Assembly (NCBI GenBank): GCA_020536535.1
Contig: JAHLWZ010000301.1
Span: forward strand, 10,028-74,027
Source: Pelomyxa schiedti
Lineage: Eukaryota > Protista > Evosea
Direction of reading: 5' to 3'
Length of the DNA stretch: 64,000 nt
A program made the position numbers and the translations under genes. Position 1 is the first letter of the stretch, and every line of letters begins with the position of its first letter. The notes under the pieces were generated by a model. The model made no database searches, was not told the DNA's origin, and worked only from the letters and a program-made list of their open reading frames with translations. Of the stretch, positions 12,840 to 24,932 are shown piece after piece.

Positions 12840-13115
12840 GGCTGTGGCTTCTTTGTTTGGGTTGGTGTTGGTTGTGGTGGTTGGGGGTGGTGTGTTTTTG
12901 GGTGTAGGTGTGAGATCAGCACACGGAAGAAAAACGCGAAACAATTTCCGTAATTTGTAACAAAGGTCTAAATGAGAAATCTACGAATTTTAGTTTTCAA
13001 CACTGCACAAAACAGTATGAAGGTGCATGTTTCGTGCACGGGCTTTGGTTGGGTTTTGTTTGGTGTCTGGGTTGGGTGTTTGTTGTTTGGCGGTGGTGTG
13101 AGGCGCATAAGTTGC

Positions 13116-16100
13116 TTAGAAGGCTTCTTCATCGCTGGAACTCTCAGGCTCCTCGTTGTTGTCAACAGCAACAAGGGTGTGTGAGTCAATTGGGATTGGG
13201 GTGCCACTGGTCGATGTAGTGGTGGTTATGCTAACTGTTACTGGCTCTTTTTCCGGCGGGCTTGGGGAGTGTGTGTTGCGCTCGGCTCCAAGTTGTACGT
13301 TGTGCTTGGTTCCATTGGTCCTGCCTATTCCGATTGGCGAGTGTGAGGTGTGGTGGTGATGTTCATGGTGGTGACCGTGATGATGGGTCTCCCCACCTTC
13401 AGTAGTTTCTGCTGTTGGCAGTGTGGGGGTGTGGGTGGGTGTTTCTGTGCCTGTGGATGGGGTGGAGGATAATTTCGGGGAGGCCACAGAAGGCGAACTA
13501 GCAGCCGCAGTAGTACTGGGGGTGGTGCTGCTGGCGGTTGTTGTGGAAGAAGCGGAAGCAGTTGTCGTTGAAGAAGCTGTAGCGGTTGCTGTTGCAGGTA
13601 CTATAACATGGGCAGCAAATCGAGGACCATCTGTCGTGTTTCCGTGATCAACAGAGCATGTTGGGGAAGCAAGATGCCCAAGAGATACACGCAATTCCCA
13701 GTCAAATTCGTTCCACCTTACAGTATATCTCAGGAAGACACTCTTCTTCTTTTTCGTGCTATGCTTGGTTTTGGTTGAGTGAGCAATAGCAAAGTTTTCT
13801 GGGACATGTCTCTCCAGAAACTCGTAAAGAGAGTTTTTAGTACCAAAGTCTTTGAGATACCACTGAATATTTTCTGGTAACCACACCTAAAAGCCTTGAG
13901 ATATAATGAGTATCTAATTGAGATACTTGTTTGATTGGTGGCAGGCACAGTGCTGAAGACTTCAAGTAAAATTTAACGGCATTATCCAGTTCTGCCTGTA
14001 CAGACGCAGAGTGGTACACCCAAACTACAGGGCTAGACTGCGAGTAATGAGACAAGCTCGAAAAAGTTGGTTTCTTACAGTAGTTCCAAGACAAAGAGCA
14101 AAACTTATTCTTGGATCGTGAGTGGTCAATGCCTGTGTTGCCCTTGGGTCGTCATCTGGAATGTGTGCCCCCGGGCCCATTCCTTGGAAAGTGTGACCAG
14201 AAAAAAAGGCAGAAGTTCCTTTTACCGTTGTCAGGGACGGGCATGCCAGCTCTAAGGACGGCATGTTCTATCTCGTAATGACTGAAGATGTACCCTCCAA
14301 TGTAATATTGAAAGCTTTGCATTAAGATTTGCTACAGGAAATAAGATAAATACAAGGAAAGGAAGTAAACCTTTTCGCGGGCCTTGATAGTGAGAGGTTC
14401 CCGAGAGGGCATCATGTTGGTAACTGCCGCTGAATGCAAGGCCATAAGATTGTAAACGTTAAGCCAAAAGGCAGTTTTCATATCAGGTGTAGTGAGTTTG
14501 GCAAGATCAACCTGTGAGGGGAAAAAAAAAAAAAAAAAAGAAGAAAAGCAATTAGAGAGGACCAACGAGGAGAAACAACTCACTGTTTGAAGGTCACGAA
14601 GGGATAACAGAAACTTGGGAAAGTCGGGATGGTAGGCCACGCCAACCACGTTTTCATCAACAAGATGACCCCAGTACCCGCATCGCAGGTAAATGTAAAT
14701 AAGGTGTTCGAGGCATGAGCACACGACTATGGGGAAAAGGTCACTTATTATTTTTCTAACTTACTCAACCTTGTTCTGGGGTTCTAGCTGGCCCAGGGCA
14801 TGGGGGTCCTGTACAGTGTTACTGTGTAAGGGAGGGACTGAATAGTACCAGAGTTGACTACGCCACTGATCTGTGGTTTAGGATCCACAATACTATGCAT
14901 CATTTAAGACAGCACAGAGATAATCTAAGAAAAAATACATATCAAGAGACTTTTTAAGCATTTCGGCAGTAAAAAATCGTGAATGAATAGCTTGTGCACA
15001 TTTATAACGAGAGACTTCAGGAGTGTTAACTTCAGACGCGCCCACAATCTGCTCGATTTCTGGGGGGCGTGCTTGGATACTATCTGCAAAGATTTCTATC
15101 TCGAAGCTCGGGGCAAGCTGCAAAGGGTTATAACCTCAAGAAAAGTTATCAACTCCTATACCCTTTTATCTTTGAATCCTTTGTCCAAACCAGCTTTGTG
15201 GAAAACTGCATGGCCTCCTTCAACAAAAGCTGTATTGAACCACAAATTGAACATGTGTTCCTAAAGGTAATAAGAAAGGACTAAGTCCTCGAATGCTCAA
15301 CCGTGCCAAAAGTCGACTTGGCCATGACCTCAATCTTTATGTCCCCAAAACAAGGCAGATTAGGAACATTAAACTCGGCGACTTCTTCTGGCCAGCCCTG
15401 TTGAGTCTCCACATCAGCCACACGCTTCTTAAAAGATAATAGAAACTCGAACTAGACGTTGGTAAGCAGAGTTGGATTAGTATAATTATGGAATACAAGA
15501 TCGGGCATTGGTTGTCCTTTCTCTTTCTGCTGTATTAAATGCTGGGAAGCATTTGTAAATAATTGCATGCGTGACAGTTCCACTTCTTGAGAAACTTGTG
15601 GTTCGTCATCATCGTCCACCGTCTCTGTGGCACAGGAAGTTTTGTCTTTCTTTGATGGCTTCTTTGAGGGAGAAGGTGCTGCAGCAGTTGGCCCAGTGCC
15701 GTGTTTATCACCTTTCCTTTTTTCGTCATCCATATGGTAAGTGTAGATGGCAGTTTTCCAATTGTAAACACGGAAGGCAATTTCTAATTTATGTCAGGGA
15801 AACTACTAGTAGAATTCCAGTTATACCTGTATTCTCTGGAAGTTTTGGTTTTGGCCTAAGGATAATCCTTTTCAGCAGAATAACTACTTTTGAGTAAAAG
15901 TTGGATTTCCCAAATCTGGCAAGTTGCGAAAAGTATCTCACATATCAGATTTGACTGGGAATTGTAACTCCCTGTGTCAATATTAAAAGGGAGGAATAAT
16001 GTAACTAAATGGAACAACTTGTTTGTTAAGAGTTCTTGCTGCTGCATAGTAAGTAAGAGCCTCGTCTGGAGTATTCCACTCCCTACAATGGACAAGAAGA

Positions 16101-16914
16101 GATGATATAATAAGACCTGTCCTCCCCTTCCCCCTGTTAGAGCTTTCGGAAAAGCGATTCTTTACCTTGCCAGCTTTACAGTGTATAACCTAATTTGTTT
16201 AGCTTAATTTAAGGCACCCAAACTGGTTGGTACTTACAGCAACATTAGCTGGGTCTGCTGCAAGCCATTTCATCTGTAAAAAAACAACATTTTGTATACC
16301 ATTACTGTTTGAGAGAAGAGTACCACGTGACTACAACACTTGTCAATAATTTCAAAAGGGGGAGCATTATGGTCATCAAAAGGAAAGACAGAAACTGAGA
16401 AGTGTTCACTCATACTAAGTAGGAGAAACGATTCAACCTCTATCGTGGAATTTACTTGCGTCATACCCCCTTTCAGAGCACCTTTGTTATTCAAGTAAGA
16501 GGTGTGCAGTTATTAAACTTTCTCATACAAGTTGTACACCCAATAATGCTCATGATGGAATGTTTCAAAGAATCTATCAAAAAAAAAAAAAAATGAGGGA
16601 AAAAAGAAGTTAAGTCCGTCCCACCTGTACACCTCCTTCATAGGGTTCCGATACGCAGCCTCCACACTTTCTGTGGGTGTTTTGTTATTTTTCCGTTGTT
16701 TTTTCTTCAAAGGAAGAACCTGAAGGAAACCCCATAGCCACGATACGTGGTGTAATGTCTAGACGCAATGTGAGTGTGAGAAGCGAGGAGAAAGACCCGT
16801 TGACCACTAATGAAGGGAGAAAAAAACAACAAGCTGTCACTCACAAGACAGATCTAGATCGAATCCAAACATCTGGTACCGCCGCTTCTTCTTCGACACG
16901 GTGGTGTGCAACAT
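13116..16914 (-). CDS. PTEN-like phosphoinositide phosphatase + C2 domain fused to DUF547 and a low-complexity tail
   Basis: Spliced [48 protein letters not shown] and HCKAGKGRTG (PTEN signature). Downstream KTAFWLNVYNLMALHS and DPRISFAL are DUF547 motifs. Confidence 0.8.
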
Positions 16915-17645
16915 CTTTGATTGTTTTTTTTTTCTTTTTTTTTTTGTTTTTGTTGACACTTCGGCGATGTCAAAAACAAAAGAGAAAGGTCGAAAAAAAA
17001 TGTTTTTTCGATAAAAAATTTCCGTCTAACGGTTCAGCAACAACAAGACAAATCGCTCCTTAATTTCTCGGCAAAGCGAATCAGGAAAGGAAGAAATGGG
17101 TTGTCCTTCAAACAGGAACAAGGGAAATGGAGACAACAACCATTGAGCCCTCTCCTTCCAAGTAGAGGGAGGTCTCAGAAGTGGGTTGGACAGAATGCCC
17201 AACAACGAGGGCCGGTTTGCACACACAGTCGCAACCAGGTGTGCAGTTCTACTGTTTCTCAAGGGTAATATTTGTGGTGCTGTTCACAGCGTTGTTGTAG
17301 TCTTTTTCTTATAAGAAGTTCCACCACACAGTTGATTTTTCCAACTTGGGAGAAGTTCTGAGCAAAATTGCCAGCAAGGGTTGTAATACCGAACTTTTTT
17401 CTGGGCCAGCAAGTTAGAACGTCATCAGCAGATGTGTTTCTGTTCTGGCTGAGGGGTTTTTACTTTCCTTAGAAAATGCAACCTTCCCTTTGCGTGGGAA
17501 AAGCTTCTTTTCACGGGTATAAAACAACACCAAAAGGTAGTAGCTCCTGTCAATTACATACTAAAATGTCACTCCTTTCTTTTTATTAATTAATGTATGG
17601 CTCCGGTAAAGGCACATATCAGCATGTTGATTGGAAGCGTGGCTG

Positions 17646-20600
17646 TCATAAAAGGGTATTAGTGAGAATGTGGGAGTGTGAACGTGAATAAGTGTGTGAA
17701 CGGGAATGAGGCCGAGGGTAGGATGAGTCCTGTGAGGTGTTATCTGATGCTTCGCGAGTTGATTTGTGGTGTGTTTCATGGCTGGAATTGCTGCTGTCAG
17801 AGTCACTTCCGGATGATACTGTATCTGTGTGGTGGTGGTGATGGTTCCGTGTGCTGGGTGTTTGCTGCACGGTGCGTTCCAGAACAATGGGAGGATCGCT
17901 GTTGTGTCTGTGGCGATTCCTAGACTTGCTGTGATGACAAGAGTGCCCCTTGGGAGCCGATTCTCCCCCGCTTTGCCGGGGAGTGTTTGGTGTATATGAG
18001 TGCTCTCTGTGGTGGTGAGAGTGGCTGCTTTCTTGCTCGTGAGAGGTGTGATCGGTGTCCTTATCAGCGTGGGAATGGCGTGAAGGGCTCACTGGAGACT
18101 CTGTCCTTTCGGCAGAGCGGTGAGAGTTTGTGGGAGAAGAGCAAGAGGCCCCCTCGTGTTTTATAGGTGAAGAGGATCCACTGCCCTCCTGGTTGTGCCG
18201 GTTGTGGTGATGGTGGTGGCCTTGAGTCCCATCGGGGCTAGGACTCGATGGGGGGGAGGCGGGTTCTGGAGTTTGTGAGTGTTGTGTGGCGTTTGGTTGA
18301 GCTGTTGTATTTACAAAAACAGGTGGTGTTGATAATCTCCTTGGGCGGGGTACTGTCAAGGGACGAGGTGAAGTGGAGTGGGATTGGGTCCTGGGAGAGT
18401 TGAGTTGGTCTGCTGAAGCAAGTTGAAGAGGTAGAATCGGAGGTGACGTGGGAGGCTGTGTGGTGGCGGTTTTTTGCGGGGGTACTTTGATTGTAAAATG
18501 TGAAGATTCGGAGGGCTTTGTGGGAACTGCGAGATTTGAGGATCTGGGTGATAGGGATCCATCTCTTCTGAGTTTGGCACCTGAAATAGAGCTCGTTTTC
18601 AGAGGCAGAATATTGAAAAAGGACTTGAGGGATTTGGTACGGATCAAGCCCTGTGTGCTGGGCAGGGTGTGAGAGGGGTGGAAGTGATGGCATTACAGGT
18701 AGTGTGGGGAGAATAGGAGAGGATGGTGCAGTCTTAGGAGACTCACTGGATGTCGATCTAGGTGAAACTGGCGATTGATTAGAGTGTGGAGCCGGCGAGG
18801 GGGGAGGGGTGGATCCAGATAAGTTGTCTTAAAATGATCAGGACTAATCTGGAAGGAAATACGAATGAAAACCTCTCAGGGCGGTGACGGCATCTAAAAT
18901 GGTATTGTGATGGCATTCATCTATCTGCAAAATTTCGAAGTCAATTGGTTGAAGTCCACTCAGGGATAGTTTATCATAAAACCTATGCCATATTATTTTT
19001 GTTTTCTCGGAAGGGGAAGATACCCCGCCGAAAGAAAATTGTTCAGGTATTGCCCTAAGCCAAGCTGGTCAAGCCAGGTTTTCACAAAATTGACTGGTGC
19101 ACCAGTGATGGTTTCTAAAAGTGAAGATATTCGAAAGAAAAGAAAAAATACAGACCTGGTGGCGGTCTCAACTCACTTTTAAAAGTGCACATAACCAGAT
19201 CTAAAAAGTTTAGAAACCCTTGAATAGCTTCCAGGCACTCGTCATTGTCAATATTTAGGTTGTGGTCTTCATCCCGAACAGTAACTAATTTCCAGCGATA
19301 GGAAAAGAGGGAAAAAAGCTTCTACTCAATGACTTAATAACTTCTGAAATAGGAGGTTGTAAAAACCTGCACTTGAGTAAGAGGCACACTGGTATCTTTT
19401 TCTCCATGCACGAGTAGAACAGGGCAGGTTATCATTCCTGCCAGCTTTTCATTATTAAATATTTCAGTGCTGAATAAACTAGGGAAACTCGAGCGAAGGT
19501 GAGGAGCATGCTTCATGGCAGCCTGAAAACTTGTTAAGTGACCACAAATTCCTGAATGAGTACCAGAAGAATCAGCAGCAACTTTACAAGGGGCATCAAG
19601 TTTAACAGATTTTGGTAGCCATTTGCTTTCAAATCCCTTGTCAGATACTGCTGCAGCAACGTGGGAAGCAGGCCCTGACCCCATGCCCTTTCCCATTCTG
19701 CGATGCTTTAAGGAAATGTATTTCGCGGAGGATCAAACATTATAATTCGCAGTCTTGGTTTCAAGGTAGCCAAGAACATGTAGGCTGCACATGCATCTTG
19801 GTAGCATGCTGCTTCTGATGGTACCCCAATATGATGTCCATATCCAGTATACTCAAAAGCACAACAGTCAACCTAAAAAGGAGAAAACCAGGTCAAGGAA
19901 ACTTTAAACCCTGTTTTGTGCATACATGAAGGATTTGAACCATTATTTTGAGCCAAGACTGAATGAGACACAAATCCTCATTTGTATCCATACAGTACAG
20001 AATAGTAAATGCAGATTTCCTGTGTATCATGTCAGGCGAAACTAGTGACAAGAAGACAAGTAACTCTGATGGATTCTCTTTATTGACATAGGAGAAATAC
20101 ACATATGGCATTGGAGGCTCCGCAGATCCGCGGCTTAGCCATCGCAATTCATGCAACCAAGGTGACCCAGTTGGAGGAAAGAAAACCAAGCTCTATAATA
20201 TAGTTCTAAGATACAGAGGGAGTAAATGTTTTTGCATACTTCCTTTGAGGGCCGTGCACTTAGGGGCTGAAAATCGGATGTAGATAGAGGTTTAAAATCT
20301 AGCTGTTTTCTTGGTTATGCGAAATTAGGAAACAGAGGGACCAAACATGGTACTCCTGCCCAGCGTCGAAAACTGTTGCCATTTGTGTCTCACGAGAAAC
20401 GGCAACGGCATCCTTATAAAGCGCACACGCACTAGCCACCACCCCAAGCTTATGGGAGACGTGATCCATAATCTGTTAGGATCGATCTTAGTACCGTTTC
20501 CCAATCAACCCAAGGGGAAAGGAAGATAAGCAACCTTTGAGATGCCGAATGTGTTTGGCACCACAAATTTCATGTCAGGCTGGCCCAACTGGGTCAGTGA

Positions 20601-20879
20601 GATTACCAATGTACAGCACTCCCCTGCGGCCTTTTCAGTCTTCTTATCACTTCTACTTGTGGGGCTGTTTCTGTCGCCGTTGTTGCTGTTATTGCCATTG
20701 TCATTGCTATTTACGGTGGTACTGCTAGCAGTGTCCCCTGCGTCGTCGACGTTGCTTCCTTCGTCGTTTGTCTTGGGGGAGGCTGTGGTCGTGGTTGTGG
20801 TGGTAGTATCTGGGTCGTCGGGGTCGCCATCTACACTACCACTTACACTCGTTGTAGTGGTAGTGCTGGTGCTGGTCAT
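17646..20879 (-). CDS. ABHD17-like alpha/beta hydrolase (probable pseudoenzyme) + SAM domain + Ser/His/Pro-rich tail
   Basis: VFFPP, FTILYC...NEDL, FEYTGYG...PSE and CPVLLVHGEKD match ABHD17. VKTWLDQLGLGQYLNNFLSAG is a SAM domain. Confidence 0.7.
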
Positions 20880-20913
20880 TGTTTGTTTTTTTTTTCAGGT
20901 TTGTTTCGAAGAA

Positions 20914-20926
20914 TTTCGGGTAAAAC
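20914..20926 (-). promoter_or_regulatory. Candidate promoter element GTTTTACCCGAAA (copy 1)
   Basis: 13-nt word on the sense strand about 35 nt upstream of ATG 20879. An identical copy lies at 29934-29946. Confidence 0.35.
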
Positions 20927-21429
20927 CTGTCAGTTTTTCGTACGAACAGTTCGGTGCTGCTGTGGGTTTTGGTGAAGGGTGGTGCAGGTGTGGGAACACC
21001 TCTTTGGCCTCGTTCTTTTCCATGTCTCTAACAAAGTTTGGCGCCAACTTAACGGCGTTGTGAGTTGAGAGGAAAACCAAAAAACAGATGGATGTATTTT
21101 AAAAAGTGTTGGTATCTGCTTGTTGAAGGGTTGGTTTATTTGGGTGTTTTCAAACTCTTGGTAAGGAGGAGGTGAACCGCAGAAAACAGTTTCACAGTCA
21201 ATCTCGCGGATTCTAATAAAAGCCGGAGTGTACCTTTCGTAGGTGGAATAAATGTGCAGGTAAGTACCACACGTTCAGATAGTGTAAAAAAAATCCCAGG
21301 CCGAAAAAAAAAGGGCGCCGGGGTTTTATGGCAGAAGTAGGCAAAAGCCACCCAACAAGAAATAAAAAGATCTAACATCTTATATAGCCAAAATCGTATA
21401 AATAAACAAGTTCAAGACAACAACCAACC

Positions 21430-24400
21430 ATGGGAGGTACCAAGACATTGAATCTAGTTGGCATAGTATGCGTCTGCGTGGTATTAGGTAAGATCTAGGT
21501 GTTGTGAAAAGCTTGTACTCACCTCGGTTACAAGGAGTTCACTTTGTTTCCAGTGAAACATCCACCTGCGGTATTCGTTGTTGGCTCGAAAGCCTTGTAA
21601 TTGTTCTTCCTGATCAAGAGCTCGAATTCAACTACACAGTGGCGCGAGTACAGCACGAAGTAAGATTAAACATGACTTCATTCTATTGCGGTTTGTCTGC
21701 TATTGGCCCGGTTTCTTCAGCAGTTTCCTCTCCTCTGTCTGAATTGGAACTATCTATGGCCCTCAACAACGTTAGTGCGGGGTGCAGCTTTGATTGGAAT
21801 ATGACCAACACACATAATGGAAAGACTACAGAAGAGTCTGGAAAAGGTGTAGTGAGTATACTCGATTTCGCCACTAAGCTATGCTTGACTCTCACTCGGC
21901 CAATGGGTGAATGCTCTCACGCTCTTATTGCCGGTGTAAAGGAATGTAATGCCACAGCCCAGAATTTCACGTTCAATCTGCACTCGGGTGACAGTGGGGC
22001 AAATCCAGAGATAACAGAAATGAGAGACACACTGCGGGGAATTATGGGGCAACAACTCAGTGTGTGCAACATAATAACACTCCTTGTATCATCAAATGTG
22101 ACAGCTGAGTATGCCAAAATTCACGAAAGACTGCAAGATGCGGCAGCTCCGCGACCTCCCCCGGATATCCCGATGCCAGGTGGTGACGTGATGGACCTGA
22201 ATACAAGCCCCTTCTTGAATGCATTAGAATACATAGCAAATGACTTCGTGGGTACCGATGGAACCCTGGGGCTGAATACAATATTTACATCGATGACTAA
22301 TGGCACAGGTACTAAGTGACATGCTTTCACATGTTTAATTCTATGAAAGGTGTGTTGAATATGACAAATGTATCACTTGCGTTCAACGTGAGTATTCCAC
22401 AAATTGGTACAATATTTCTCGCAATCCCGCATATTTGGGTGTGGGGACTGGATACCTGGACTTTGTTCGATATTCTTGAGCCTACATCCGTAATAGAACT
22501 ACAGTCAGTTGCAGCATTGCAGATGTTTGGTGTCGGCGTTGATTTTGAAATGACTCTCGTTGTGGAGAACTCTACATGGCTCATAAACCCATATCCGCTA
22601 GAGGAGAGATTCAGAGTATCATTTGACATGTCAAATATGAATATGTCCTCTCTGGTGAATGTTGCCGTATATCTCAGTCAAGCTGAAAACTATACGAATA
22701 TGCAATGCCGGGATATTGGGTGCATATTGAATCTCTTCAGTCCAAATCAAACTGCAATCTCACAAATGGCCTTCAATCTTTCCGTTCTTGATGCTGCTGT
22801 GACTATTGAAAGTGCTGGGGATGAAGACATCGATAAATTAGTGAATGACTTCCTCTCGTTCTTCATAGATTCAGTTGTGGACTGTGCACCTCCAATCGTA
22901 GAGGGCGTTGTTGCAGGGCCGGTTCTTCAAATAGTTAATGGCGTACTGAACAAAGTGCTTTCTGAGGCGCAATGTGAGTATACACCAGATGAAAAGGATA
23001 GCATGGAAGTGGCAAACAAGCCTTCCACATTCCTTTCTCTTATGGGAGCTATAGCTGCATCAGCAGTATTGTTATGTGCCGGAATCATCATAAGAAGGAA
23101 GGTAAAGCGGCAGGCCAGGGATATTCCTGAGTCAGCGCCGTACAAGGCTCCAGCAACAGAGGAAAAGGCACCATTAATACCTGGTCCCTCGGATAAGGCT
23201 GAAAAAACAGACCCAGCTGAACCTAGTGATCAGCTTACAATGTGTTTGTTTTTTCATCCAAAATTGCCAGCAGTTGTACGATATGCAGTACCAGCAATTA
23301 TTCTTATTTCCATGGCTCTATTCGTCTCTTCCAATACCTCGGGAGGGGCCGAGGTTTTCTTAGTTGTGCTTACTGGAACTGGACGCATTGTTTCGTTTGA
23401 CTCGCTTTTCATTTTTACTCTGGCAAATAGTGTTCGCGTATGTGCCGGTTTAATTTTCATTGGAAATCTCATCAAATCAGGACATGTGGGAAGCTGGGAT
23501 TTGGCCGCTGTCTTTACTGATTGCAATATTTTCGGGAGGGTGGCCGTATCTCAAGTTACTGTTAATGCTTTGTGCCTGGGTTGTCCCGGTACAGATACTG
23601 TCAGTCCGGCGCAGAGAATTGGGACTAATGATACTAGGTAAGAAATTGAAAGAAAATTTGTGACTAATGTGAAAAGATGCACTTGGCAAGTGGTCACTCA
23701 TTGACTCTTACGTTATGATATTGATGGTGGTGGCGTTTCATCTCACCATCGAATTCCCTGCATACGACACTGGAAACTATACCCCATCTGGAAGTTTTGC
23801 TATTGATATTGTGGTGGAACCTCTTTATGGCTTCACTTTGTTTCTCTTGGCAACTGTTATATCGCTCACATTATCACATGTCATCGTGGCTCTTCATAGA
23901 TACTGTGACGGCACAGGAGTAACTAATGTGGATGGGGATATATCACAACCAGAAAAGCAGAAACGTCGTGCACTCTGTGCAACTGCTCTTCCAAACTCAA
24001 GAACGTGTGGAAAAGTTCTATTTGCCATGCTGATTGGAGTTCTACTCGTCTTTGCTGTAATTCTTCTTGGATTGGGAATTCTTACACCCTCTTTCGAGTT
24101 CGTTTTTGGAGGTGCTGTTGGTTGGCTTCTGAAAGAAATTGGGCAGCCTACATCGACCTCGTACTCTGTTTTCTCTCTGGCTTATGCACTTCCACGTAGT
24201 ACTTGCGGTGTTGCATTACTATCTGTTCGTGCAGTGCAGCTTATGTTCGTTTTAACATCCATTGTGGCCCCAGCGGCACTACTGCTATCACTTGCAGTGC
24301 TATGGTTTATCCCAATGAAAGAGCCCACACAAAAGAGGTGGTATACACTATGCGAGGTCTTGAATGCATGGTCTGCCTTGGAGGTTGAGAATATCTAATT

Positions 24401-24696
24401 CCCACTTTATCCCTCACTCACGACAGGTTTTCGTTGTGTCAATCATTGCAGCCATACTTGAGATTGAACAATTTGCTCAGTTTATTGTGGAGGAGCCTTG
24501 TGCAGGCGTGAACATGATCTTGAATAACCGCATCGGCGAAGGTGCTACTTGCTTCGACGTACAAGCGAAATTGCTCATGGGTTGTTGGCTACTGTTTGGC
24601 GCCTCCGTTGTTTATATTGTCACTGCTATTATCGTTATGAGGTTGTGTCACGCTGCTCTGATGGAACCAGGAAAAGGAAGGACGGCAGTCAACTAG
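21430..24696 (+). CDS. Signal peptide + large ectodomain (BPI/TULIP-like by inference) + two PqiA (paraquat-inducible protein A) membrane domains
   Basis: Hydrophobic N-terminus. PqiA repeat 1: MWEAGIWPLSLLIAIFSGGWPYLKL...LGKWSLIDSYVMILMVVAF. Repeat 2: YSVFSL...EVLNAWSALEVFVVSII. These resemble the PqiA WSMLDVF-type motif. Confidence 0.7.
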
Positions 24697-24932
24697 GCGC
24701 CCCCACACCCCAAAAATATGTAACGGTAGTGTTTTCTTATTCAAAAAATAATCCAGTTTTTCCTGTTTTACTTGTCTTCTTATTTTTGGTCGTGTTGTGA
24801 TTTCGAAGCTGGGCTTTCATTGTATCCCTCGCAACACTGGTGGTTTGATGACAGAGCAGAAACAATTTTGGTTTCTGCAGTTCTTCCCAGAACACAAAAG
24901 AAAAGCACTAGAAACCGTTGAAGAGGCACGAC

